NCBI GenBank assembly: GCA_016783605.1
Contig: JADHWG010000004.1
Span: 1 to 60,061, forward strand
Reading direction: 5' to 3'
DNA: 60,061 bases
DNA from: Candidatus Omnitrophota bacterium
GTDB lineage: Bacteria > Omnitrophota > Gorgyraeia > Tantalellales > Tantalellaceae
Shown: piece after piece, positions 29,587 to 37,755 of the stretch
How positions within the stretch are numbered: the stretch's first letter is position 1
How the letters are laid out: every line of letters begins with the position of its first letter
Notes under the pieces: model-generated
Database searches by the model: none
What the model was told of the DNA's origin: nothing
What the model saw: only the letters and a program-made list of their open reading frames with translations
Position numbers and translations under genes: made by a program

Positions 29587-30042
29587 ATGGAAGAAAAAAT
29601 AATAATACCTGATGGAAATTTTGAAGTAGTTCGCGAACAAGGAGAATATTTTAAGGCAGGAATTCAGAGTATGGTTTCTTTAAATAAAAAACTTATTGAA
29701 ACAAATAATCAATTAAATGAGCTGGGAAGACAAATTAAGGATTCAGCTATATTATTGCAAAAATCAAGTGAAAAAACTGCTGAAACAAATAACAAATACA
29801 CAAAATCATTAGTTAAGCTTACATTTGCGTTAGTATTTGTCGGATTAGTTCAAGGTCTTATAATGTATTGGAATTCAAGCATAATGGGAAAACAAACAAT
29901 AGCTATGGAAAAGCAAGTTTCAGCTATCAATAACCAATCTCAATCAATACAAGCCCAAACATATATTATGGAAAAACAGGCTAAGATAATGGCTGCGCAA
30001 TACAACAAAAGTCTTCCGTTAGGAAGTGCTGAACAAATGTAA
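29587..30042 (+). CDS. Cassette 1: coiled-coil single-TM hypothetical protein
   Basis: SD AAGGAG; hydrophobic LTFALVFVGLVQGLIMYW flanked by Q/N-rich heptads. Confidence 0.75.
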   Translation: MEEKIIIPDGNFEVVREQGEYFKAGIQSMVSLNKKLIETNNQLNELGRQIKDSAILLQKSSEKTAETNNKYTKSLVKLTFALVFVGLVQGLIMYWNSSIMGKQTIAMEKQVSAINNQSQSIQAQTYIMEKQAKIMAAQYNKSLPLGSAEQM

Positions 30043-30049
30043 AAAAAAT

Positions 30050-30123
30050 ATATAACAATTCAATCAACCGGACTTTTTCCGCGGCTTCGCCGCTCCAAAA
30101 GCCGGTTATTTCAAGCGTTATAG
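30050..30123 (+). mobile_element. attC site 1
   Basis: ATATAACAATTCAATCAACCGG...CCGGTTATTTCAAGCGTTATAG; classic top-strand attC pattern. Confidence 0.92.
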
Positions 30124-30137
30124 GAAAATAATTAAAA

Positions 30138-30791
30138 ATGGAAAAATTAAATAAAGAAATCGTTGTGCAAACCTGGTTTTTTCGTGGACTTGAGGATATA
30201 TTTTTTGCTTTTCAAATTGAATCGCCTTTTCGCTACGAACCATTTTTTCATACGATGGGTTTTGAAATGATATGCAAATCATATTTATTGGCTAAAGAAT
30301 CAGCTAAATATGAAAACATGGAAAGGGATCAGGCAATCCAAAAAATTAATACATTAGCAATACAATGGGGTCATAACATAAAGAAAATGGTTGATGAGAT
30401 AAAAAACGACATAAATAATCCTGTTTTTTCTGCCGCATTAAGTGCGAGCTACGATTCTTTTACGGGGGACCAATTCATCAAAGTAATGGAAGCTGCTTAT
30501 TTAGAATGTCGCTACCCTGTGCCTAAACACATTCATGAGGAATTCCCAATAGATGGACAAACAGATCTTCATTGGGAGCCTCTTGCTTCATCTGGTCTCG
30601 AGAAATTTTGTTTTGCATTCATGAAGAAAATCATAATTTATTTAAAGAAAAGATTTAATATACCCATACCCAAAAAAGAATTTGATAAAATCATAACAGA
30701 CGAGGCAGGGGTAAGATTCTGTAATTTATTTTTAAAAGATATTCCAAATGATTTTTTAGAAAATGAACCTATAACAAGTCATTTCACCTGA
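30138..30791 (+). CDS. Cassette 2: HEPN-like protein
   Basis: FEMICKSYLL, WGHNIKKM, YLECRYP resemble HEPN signatures. Confidence 0.65.
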   Translation: MEKLNKEIVVQTWFFRGLEDIFFAFQIESPFRYEPFFHTMGFEMICKSYLLAKESAKYENMERDQAIQKINTLAIQWGHNIKKMVDEIKNDINNPVFSAALSASYDSFTGDQFIKVMEAAYLECRYPVPKHIHEEFPIDGQTDLHWEPLASSGLEKFCFAFMKKIIIYLKKRFNIPIPKKEFDKIITDEAGVRFCNLFLKDIPNDFLENEPITSHFT

Positions 30792-30842
30792 CCTTTTCTG
30801 CGGCTTCGCCGCTCCAAAGGCAGGTGAATTCCGATGTTATGG
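30769..30842 (+). mobile_element. attC site 2
   Basis: CTATAAC...TTCACCTG..CAGGTGAA...GTTATGG. Confidence 0.9.
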
Positions 30843-30849
30843 TAAAAAT

Positions 30850-31479
30850 ATGACTTACGAAGAAAAAATATTTCTTGTTTGCGGTTCTGGGGTAACGGTA
30901 TCATTCGCATATGAAAGACTACTCTCAACTATCGACGCTGCGAGGATGCAAATGAAACGAATATGGGATCAAATATCCTTGTTACCAAAACAGCCCGAAT
31001 TATCTCCTACTGATCCAGAATTTCAAAATAAAGCAAAGGAATATAAAATAACAGTTCAAGGAAACTATCGTCCAATTTTCAACGATATACATTTTTATTT
31101 TATTACTTGGGGCGGAATTAGATCAATGATGGGCGTTATTGCAAATCAACCAGAATTCAAAGAAGCAAATATAATTTTCAATTCACACCGTAAAACCATC
31201 GAACATTATATAAATGCGAGAAACACCTTCGAACACTTTGACGAGAGGCTTCCAGGATGTAAAAACCACGAACGGGTTAAAGAAGTTCAGGCACAAGGAG
31301 CTAGCCCGAGAAAAATTTTGAAAGGTATTTCAAAGAAAGGGTATTATCTACATTCCGATAAAAAATGGGACATAAAACCTTCCAGTTTAAAATTATTAGA
31401 AGAAATAACTCAGGAATTTATAGGCGCTGTTAATAGCAAGATAGATCTATTGTTGAAAGAAAAAAATATAAAACCATAA
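30850..31479 (+). CDS. Cassette 3: hypothetical protein with an Rx4H (HEPN-type) motif
   Basis: ARNTFEHFDER in a helical protein. Confidence 0.65.
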   Translation: MTYEEKIFLVCGSGVTVSFAYERLLSTIDAARMQMKRIWDQISLLPKQPELSPTDPEFQNKAKEYKITVQGNYRPIFNDIHFYFITWGGIRSMMGVIANQPEFKEANIIFNSHRKTIEHYINARNTFEHFDERLPGCKNHERVKEVQAQGASPRKILKGISKKGYYLHSDKKWDIKPSSLKLLEEITQEFIGAVNSKIDLLLKEKNIKP

Positions 31480-31541
31480 CAATGCGCTTCAGCGAATTTG
31501 TACCGCTGCGCGGTCCAAATCGCTGAGCTTAGACGTTATGA
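31474..31541 (+). mobile_element. attC site 3
   Basis: CCATAAC...TCAGCGA..TCGCTGA...GTTATGA. Confidence 0.9.
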
Positions 31542-31551
31542 GAAAAAAATA

Positions 31552-32376
31552 ATGAAGAAAAAACTAATAAATCAGATACGAAGCCTTCTTGATGAAGGAG
31601 AAAAATTTACGTTTAGCAATTTTTGCTATCCTCATAATCAACCTGACAGATGGGGCGGCGAGGATAAACCTGAATGGCTTGCATGGAAAACTAGAAGCTA
31701 TAACTTTATTTCTCAAATTGCAGCTCCTAATTCTTCCGCTCAGACATTAGCAGAAACCGCTATAGGAATTAGTACAAGTGGGAATTATCCAAAAGAATTT
31801 GAACGCCTAAAAGAAACCATGATTAAGGCTTTAAAATTAGCTGAGCAAAGCATAAGAAAAGACTCCTTTGGAGAGCTTAAAAAACAATCAATAAAAACCA
31901 CTTCCACTAAGTTTTCAAATAAAATTTTTGTTGTCCATGGTCATGATCATACATTAAAGGCGGAAGTCGAAAGCTTCCTAAATGATATTGGGCTGGAACC
32001 AATTATACTGCATAAAAAACCTGATGAAGGCCAAACTATCATTGAAAAATTTGAGAAGCATAGTGACGTTGGGTATGCATTTGTTTTACTTACACCAGAT
32101 GAAATAGCCTACACTATCGATCAAGACAGTATTTCTGATCAAAAACGTAAAAAAGAGAAAAGAACTCGTCCAAATGTAATCTTTGAATTTGGATATTTTG
32201 CAGGAAGATTAGGACGAAATCGTGTGTGTTGTGTATACAAAGAAAGCGTAGCTGTTCCAAGTGATTTAAAAGGATTTCTGTATAAAGAAATTAAAATATC
32301 ATTTAAGGAAAAAGCATATGAAATAATGCAAGAACTTAGCGCAGCAGGATATAAAATAAAATTTAAAAACTCATAA
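31552..32376 (+). CDS. Cassette 4: TIR-domain protein (CAP12/Pycsar-type TIR)
   Basis: KIFVVHGHD, TIIEKFEKHS, FVLLTPDE, RPNVIFEFGYF, PSDLKG. Confidence 0.88.
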   Translation: MKKKLINQIRSLLDEGEKFTFSNFCYPHNQPDRWGGEDKPEWLAWKTRSYNFISQIAAPNSSAQTLAETAIGISTSGNYPKEFERLKETMIKALKLAEQSIRKDSFGELKKQSIKTTSTKFSNKIFVVHGHDHTLKAEVESFLNDIGLEPIILHKKPDEGQTIIEKFEKHSDVGYAFVLLTPDEIAYTIDQDSISDQKRKKEKRTRPNVIFEFGYFAGRLGRNRVCCVYKESVAVPSDLKGFLYKEIKISFKEKAYEIMQELSAAGYKIKFKNS

Positions 32377-32444
32377 CAACTCAATCGAGCGGATTTTTCC
32401 GCCGCTAAAACGACTCCAAAAACCGCTCATTTCAAGCGTTATGA
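32371..32444 (+). mobile_element. attC site 4
   Basis: TCATAAC...GAGCGG..CCGCTC...TTCAAGCGTTATGA. Confidence 0.9.
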
Positions 32445-32459
32445 GAAAAAAATAATAAA

Positions 32460-33086
32460 ATGAAAAATATGTGTCCACCGTGTATGGATAGAACAATATT
32501 AAATTTATTGACATTGCTAATCACAGGAGCAGGTATATTTGCTATATTGATTAAGTATGATGTTCCTCAGTTAAGCTACGCTTTCTTTGACGAAAATCCC
32601 TATGCGATAAAGCGAGACGTTATCAGTAAAATTTTAACTAGCACTTTTATCGGGTTAGCTTCCCTTGGTTTATTTCTACAGGCATATGGCATGATTATTG
32701 GGAACAAACTAAATGAAAGAGTTTATGACTATTCTTTTTATACAAAATTTTTTCTAGTTGGAATCGTTGGAATGTTCGTTTTTGTTGTTACTCTAGGTGC
32801 TATAGGTAGATGTATAGCTAAAAAAACATGGTGGCCTAAAATTATTCAAAGCCAATCCGAAGCTTTCAAAATGGCGGGAGATATCATAAGAAATAAAGGA
32901 TTCTATAACAAGGAATTGGATAAAATTGAAAAATTTTCTGATGAACAAAAAGAAGAATTGCCAATCCAGCGCTATCAACAATGTGATAAATATTTAACCC
33001 AAATAGAAGATTTATTGGAAATACGAAATATCCCGAAAATTAGAGAAGAAAGATATAGGAAATTAGAAAAATATTTTAAAGAATAA
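32460..33086 (+). CDS. Cassette 5: 3-TM membrane protein with soluble C-terminus
   Basis: Three hydrophobic stretches; flanked by attC sites. Confidence 0.7.
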   Translation: MKNMCPPCMDRTILNLLTLLITGAGIFAILIKYDVPQLSYAFFDENPYAIKRDVISKILTSTFIGLASLGLFLQAYGMIIGNKLNERVYDYSFYTKFFLVGIVGMFVFVVTLGAIGRCIAKKTWWPKIIQSQSEAFKMAGDIIRNKGFYNKELDKIEKFSDEQKEELPIQRYQQCDKYLTQIEDLLEIRNIPKIREERYRKLEKYFKE

Positions 33087-33090
33087 AAAC

Positions 33091-33161
33091 TCATAACAAA
33101 GCAATCCAGCTGACCAATTCCGCACTTCGCGCGGTCTTGGCAGCTGATTTTTTCGTTATAT
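33091..33161 (+). mobile_element. attC site 5
   Basis: TCATAAC...CAGCTG..CAGCTG...GTTATAT. Confidence 0.88.
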
Positions 33162-33873
33162 GAAAAAATATAAAAAATGGTATTACAACCATGCACCATT
33201 CTTTTTTAGAATATATATATTGTCGATGTTTTTTTTACTACACTCAACAAATATGTATGCACAGAATTTACAATCAATAGAGTTTGCGGAACATGAAAAT
33301 AATTACATCGCGACAACCCTTAAGCTAATGACTGAGTTAGGATTTGTGGTGCGGGATACATTTAAAAACAACATGAATCTAGATGACTTTTATTCAAATG
33401 GGAATAAGTACAATGGGGCAAGGCTTTTTCGTATTAAGTGGATAGATACTACAGATAGTGGTTATGCAGAGGTACAAGCAAAAAGGGCTTATAAAATTAA
33501 GAATTATTCATCTCAAGCCTACGATGACTATACAATCTTAATGCTTCAAAAATATAAAGCCCAATACAGAGAAGATCCAATTATTCACGAGTGTGTTCAT
33601 TTCCTTCAGCATGCTACTCATAAGGATGAAAGTAATTATATTGATTTTACCGGCAAAAATTATCGTGAATATGTTATGCAACGCACAGAATTAGAAGCTC
33701 ATTTGGTGCAGATTCTTTATATTGTTAAAAATAATCACGAAAGATTAAAAAAGCATCTGTCAAGAGAACAACAGCTAAAGCTTGAAAAGATAATTTCTGA
33801 ATATAAAAAATCTCGAAATATTCTTGCTGGGGTTGAGGCCATAATAATGTGCAAGCAAGGAGGCTTGATCTAA
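33160..33873 (+). CDS. Cassette 6: putative exported zincin metalloprotease-like protein
   Basis: IIHECVHFLQH (HExxH) plus downstream ELEAH; hydrophobic N-terminus. Confidence 0.6.
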   Translation: MKKYKKWYYNHAPFFFRIYILSMFFLLHSTNMYAQNLQSIEFAEHENNYIATTLKLMTELGFVVRDTFKNNMNLDDFYSNGNKYNGARLFRIKWIDTTDSGYAEVQAKRAYKIKNYSSQAYDDYTILMLQKYKAQYREDPIIHECVHFLQHATHKDESNYIDFTGKNYREYVMQRTELEAHLVQILYIVKNNHERLKKHLSREQQLKLEKIISEYKKSRNILAGVEAIIMCKQGGLI

Positions 33874-33991
33874 AGTTAATACTTAGCGGTTTTATGACAT
33901 GTAAGGCTACCTTGATTTCGGTACTTAAACCTTTGATTTTTACTTCTTTCGAAATATTTGGGAACTTTAGACAATATGATAATATGAAAAC

Positions 33992-34057
33992 ACATAACAA
34001 TTCAATCAACCGGGCTTTTTTCGCTCGCCTCTGGCGGGCTCCAAAAGCCGGTTATAA
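33992..34057 (+). mobile_element. attC site 6, lacking its R' end
   Basis: ACATAACAATTCAATCAACCGG...CCGGTTAT, without the TTCAAGCGTTAT seen in attC1. Confidence 0.8.
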
Positions 34058-34072
34058 ACGATTTGGAAAACA

Positions 34073-35086
34073 ATGAAATCAAACAGTGAAATGATAATCT
34101 ATCAGTCTCCTACCGGCAATATAAAAATAGACGTCCATTTGGAAAATGAAACCGTCTGGCTAACCCAAAAACTGATGGCAGAGCTTTTTCAGACCGCTGT
34201 ACCCAATATAAACATGCATCTTAAAAGCATTTATGAAGAAGAGGAATTAACAGAAGAGGCAACTATTAAGGATTTCTTAATAGTTCAAAAAGAAGGTAAC
34301 CGAGAAGTAAACCGTAAACAGAAATTCTATAATCTGGATGTTATTATATCTGTGGGATATAGAATAAAATCACAAACTGCAACACAATTCCGTATCTGGG
34401 CAACCAAGAGGCTAAAGGAATACATTGTTAAAGGTTTTGTCCTCAATGACGAAAGGTTTAAAACCGGCAATTCCATGAATTATTTCAATGAGTTGCAGGC
34501 GCGTCTACGAGAAATACGCCTTTCTGAAAGGTTTTTTTATCAAAAAATAAAAGACATTTATGCAACCAGCATAGATTATGATCCCAAAGATGAAGAAACG
34601 ATCGAATTCTTTAAGATAATACAAAACAAACTACTCTGGGCAATCAGTAGCCAAACAGCCGCGGAACTTATTTACAGGAGAATAGACGCTTCTTTGCCTT
34701 TATTAGGTATGCAGTCTTATGACAAGGATAACGTTGGAAAAATCAGGAAAAGTGATGTCAGCATTGCCAAAAACTATTTAAATGAAGAAGAAATAAAGCT
34801 TCTTGGTTTATTGGTTGAACAGTACCTTGCTTTTGCGGAAACAATGGCACAGCAACATACACCAATGTACATGAAAGACTGGATGAGCAAACTGGATAAT
34901 ATTTTACAGATGAATGGCAGGGAACTACTTACCCATGCCGGAAAAATAAGTCATCAAATGGCTATTGAAAAATCAAATCAGGAATTAGAAAAATATAACG
35001 AAGAACAAAAAAAAATAACCCATGAACAAAGTTTAAAAGAAATTGAAGAGGATATAAAGAGATTAAAAAAAGATAAAGATACATAA
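34073..35086 (+). CDS. Cassette 7: RhuM-family protein
   Basis: ETVWLTQKLMAELF, YNLDVIISVGYRIKS..ATQFRIWA, GFVLNDERFK. Confidence 0.92.
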   Translation: MKSNSEMIIYQSPTGNIKIDVHLENETVWLTQKLMAELFQTAVPNINMHLKSIYEEEELTEEATIKDFLIVQKEGNREVNRKQKFYNLDVIISVGYRIKSQTATQFRIWATKRLKEYIVKGFVLNDERFKTGNSMNYFNELQARLREIRLSERFFYQKIKDIYATSIDYDPKDEETIEFFKIIQNKLLWAISSQTAAELIYRRIDASLPLLGMQSYDKDNVGKIRKSDVSIAKNYLNEEEIKLLGLLVEQYLAFAETMAQQHTPMYMKDWMSKLDNILQMNGRELLTHAGKISHQMAIEKSNQELEKYNEEQKKITHEQSLKEIEEDIKRLKKDKDT

Positions 35087-35170
35087 CAAATCGCTGTACC
35101 TGACCGCCAAATTGCTACGCGATTTGGTTTCCTCACTTCGTTCGGCGGCAGGTGAGCTTTTGCGTTAGGA
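35081..35170 (+). mobile_element. attC site 7
   Basis: ACATAAC...ACCTGACCGCC..GGCGGCAGGT...GTTAGGA. Confidence 0.88.
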
Positions 35171-35179
35171 GAAGAAAAA

Positions 35180-35413
35180 ATGAATAATAATTCGGGATAC
35201 TATAGCGATGATGGGGAAAAATTAAATCCAAATCTTATCTCTAAACCATCATTATGTACAATGTGTAAAAAAGATGATAATCCAGAAGAAGAAATATTGT
35301 GTAATCTAAATAGGTTGGACCAAACAGATTCTGAAGAATTTAAATGTTATTCATATGAACAAAAATATAATCCGAATTCAGACGAAGAGTCAAAATATCA
35401 TGCATCACTGTAG
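35180..35413 (+). CDS. Cassette 8: small acidic four-Cys protein
   Basis: CTMC..C..C; SD AGGAG; stop codon supplied by a REP. Confidence 0.7.
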   Translation: MNNNSGYYSDDGEKLNPNLISKPSLCTMCKKDDNPEEEILCNLNRLDQTDSEEFKCYSYEQKYNPNSDEESKYHASL

Positions 35414-35525
35414 GGGCCGGGCCTGCCCGGCCCTCCAATTAATAATAACAAGGCGTGGTATAAACAATAAATTATCGAAGAATAATAAATCATAAATTAA
35501 AGGACAAGGCATGCCTTGTCCCTAC
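35410..35525. mobile_element. REPIN-like doublet of GTAG REPs
   Basis: GTAGGGGCCGGGCCTGCCCGGCCCT ... AGGACAAGGCATGCCTTGTCCCTAC. Confidence 0.7.
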
Positions 35526-35558
35526 AGGATATTTGTGATAAAACGAAAATAAACAAAA

Positions 35559-35580
35559 TTATAACAATTCAATCAACCGG
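35559..35580 (+). mobile_element. Left half of an attC site, truncated just before intI
   Basis: TTATAACAATTCAATCAACCGG matches the attC1/attC6 left arm; right arm absent. Confidence 0.75.
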
Positions 35581-35591
35581 TATTTTGGGGG

Positions 35592-37065
35592 ATGAAGAGT
35601 ATGCGGGAAGAGATTTTACCGGAATTTCAGAGGTTTTTAATTGCGAAGGGGCTTGGCAGTTCCAGGACTGCGCCTTATCACGCGTATTGGGTGGGCAGGT
35701 TTCTATCGTTTTCCAACGATCACCGGGACTTGTCTTTTGAGGCAAGGATGAGTGAGTTTTTTAGTTATCTGAGGGGTCGGGGAGTTTTTCTCCGAACCCT
35801 CATCCCGAGCAAAGCGAAGGATCTCTGGTTAATTTTTCAAAAGGGTCTAATAGAGATCCTTCAGCCCTTTGGGCTTCAGGATGAGGAGTCGGGAAACTCC
35901 CCGACCCCTCAGTTATCTTCATCATCATAACACTGCGGATTGGCAAATGGAGCAAGCATGGGAGGCGGTTAAAATTTATTTCGAACATTTTCAGGCAATT
36001 GATACGAAGCAAGTATCTGATGTGTCTTATTTTGGGCATAATTTTGCCGAGTCGGACATTATTGACAGGGCGCGTCAGGCACTACGTCTTAAGCATTATT
36101 CATATGCTACAGAGCGGGCATATCTTGATTGGGTCAGGCGGTTTTTTGTTTATGTTCAGAATGAAAAAAAGAAGGATGACGCGAAGTGGCCCGTAGGTTC
36201 TGATGACGTAAAAGAATATCTGAGTTATCTAACGACGAAGCAAAAGGTTTCTTCATCAACTCAGAATCAGGCTTTCAACGCGCTTTTATTTCTGTTTAGA
36301 GATGTGCTTGGGATTGAGCTAAGCGGGTTAAGCAAGGTTGTACGGGCTAAAAGGGGGCCTAAATTGCCCGTGGTGCTGACGGTAGAAGAAGTTCGCGGTT
36401 TGTTTCAATTTGTAAAAGAAAGAAATCTGCTTATTATTCAGTTGTTGTATGGTGCGGGTATGCGTTTAATGGAAGTGGTGCGTTTACGGGTAAAAGATAT
36501 TGATTTTGATTCGGGGTTAATATTTGTACGAAGTGGTAAGGGGGATAAAGACCGTTCGACTATCTTGCCGCGGGTTACAAAAGAACAATTATGCGGCCAT
36601 TTAGAAAAGATAGAGATTTTACATAAAAAGGATATTGATCAAGGACATGGCGAAGTGTATTTACCGAATGGGCTTGGGCGTAAATATCCTAATTCTGCAA
36701 AAGAGTGGGGATGGCAGTATGTGTTCCCCGCGTCAAACCTTTCAGTCGATCCGCGCAGTGGGAAAGTGCGGCGTCATCATATCAGTCCCAGTACGATACA
36801 AAAAACGGTTAAAGAGGCGGTTAAAAAAGCGGGGATCGTTAAGCCCGCGACCGTTCATACTTTAAGGCACAGTTTTGCCACGCATCTTTTAATGAATGGG
36901 GTTAACATAAGGGCTATTCAGGAACTTCTGGGGCATAAGAATGTTGAAACAACAATGATTTATACGCATGTCTTAAGAGAAATGGCGAACATGCCCAAGA
37001 GTCCGTTAGATAATCTTTATGGGGAAGATCTAACGCGGGAGAAGGTTACCGGATTATTGAAATAG
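35592..37065 (+). pseudogene. intI: Integron integrase with N-terminal extension, frameshifted by a MITE; core domains intact in ORF 35869-37065
   Basis: LKHYSYATERAYLDWV, STQNQAFNALLFL, GMRLME, IntI-specific insert VYLPNGLGRKYPNSAKEWGWQYVFP, HTLRHSFATH, LGHKNVETTMIYTH. Confidence 0.9.
35771..35910. mobile_element. 140-bp MITE inserted in intI
   Basis: 17-bp perfect TIR GAGGGGTCGGGGAGTTT; 8-bp TSD AGTTATCT at 35763-35770 and 35911-35918. Confidence 0.93.
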
Positions 37066-37196
37066 TGCAACGGTTCTATTTCTTGACCTATTGGGCAGAA
37101 GACAATCGGAGAAGGCTGAAAAAATAGAATCCTTTTTTTGATTGGATGGAGAAATTAAATTAGTACGCAAATTCAATTCATGGAAGGAAAATTTAG

Positions 37197-37490
37197 ATGA
37201 AAAAATCAATTATTCCATTGGAGCAGAATGATTTCTTTCTTTATACGGGTGTTGACGGTAAGGTGAATGTTGAAGTGTTCCTGAAAGATGAAACGGTTTG
37301 GCTTACACAAAAAGCGATGGGGCAACTTTTTGGGGTTGAAAGCAACACCATTACTTATCATCTGAAAGAAATATATAAGTCGGGAGAACTTGAAGCGGAT
37401 GTAACTGCTCGAAAACTTCGAGCAGTTCAAGCCGAAGGGGAAAGAGAGGTAACAAGGACAAAAATAGGGACAGACACACACTTTAGGTAA
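37197..37490 (+). pseudogene. 3'-truncated RhuM-family gene
   Basis: ETVWLTQKAMGQLF..HLKEIYKSGEL..EGEREV, then abrupt switch into the AAATAGGGACAGACAC motif. Confidence 0.8.
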
Positions 37491-37649
37491 TTAGGGACGG
37501 TTTTTTTTGATTGAACAGATCCCGAAATATCGGGATAGCAAGGGTGTGAGTGAGGTGTTTCTGATTATTGGAGATTCCCGCCTTCGCGGGAATGACAAAG
37601 GGCGCGAGGATGACAGTGAAGGGAAGGTGCTATAATTACTGTTATCGAT

Positions 37650-37735
37650 TTGAAGTCACAATCTGTGACTTCAAGTTGGGGTAGAAGGCGTTATTTTTCG
37701 CATATTTTTACTGGGCAAGGAGTGGCGATGCTCTT
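37650..37735 (+). pseudogene. ORF6N-domain gene fragment
   Basis: Manual translation LKSQSVTSSWGRRRYFSHIFTGQGVAML resembles the ORF6N motif ...SQ..TSSWGG.R..PYAFTEQGVAML. Confidence 0.7.
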
Positions 37736-37755
37736 AAAATTAAATGGAGAGCGAT

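Noticed and set aside
33849-34076. 75-aa ORF across attC6
   Set aside because: It overlaps both neighbours, reads through the attC and has no recognisable motif.
30050-35170. Recurrent palindromes read as a CRISPR array or terminators
   Set aside because: They are separated by whole ORFs and have TAAC...GTT attC ends.
35869-35946. Programmed frameshift joining the two intI ORFs
   Set aside because: The shift is fully explained by a MITE with a target duplication.
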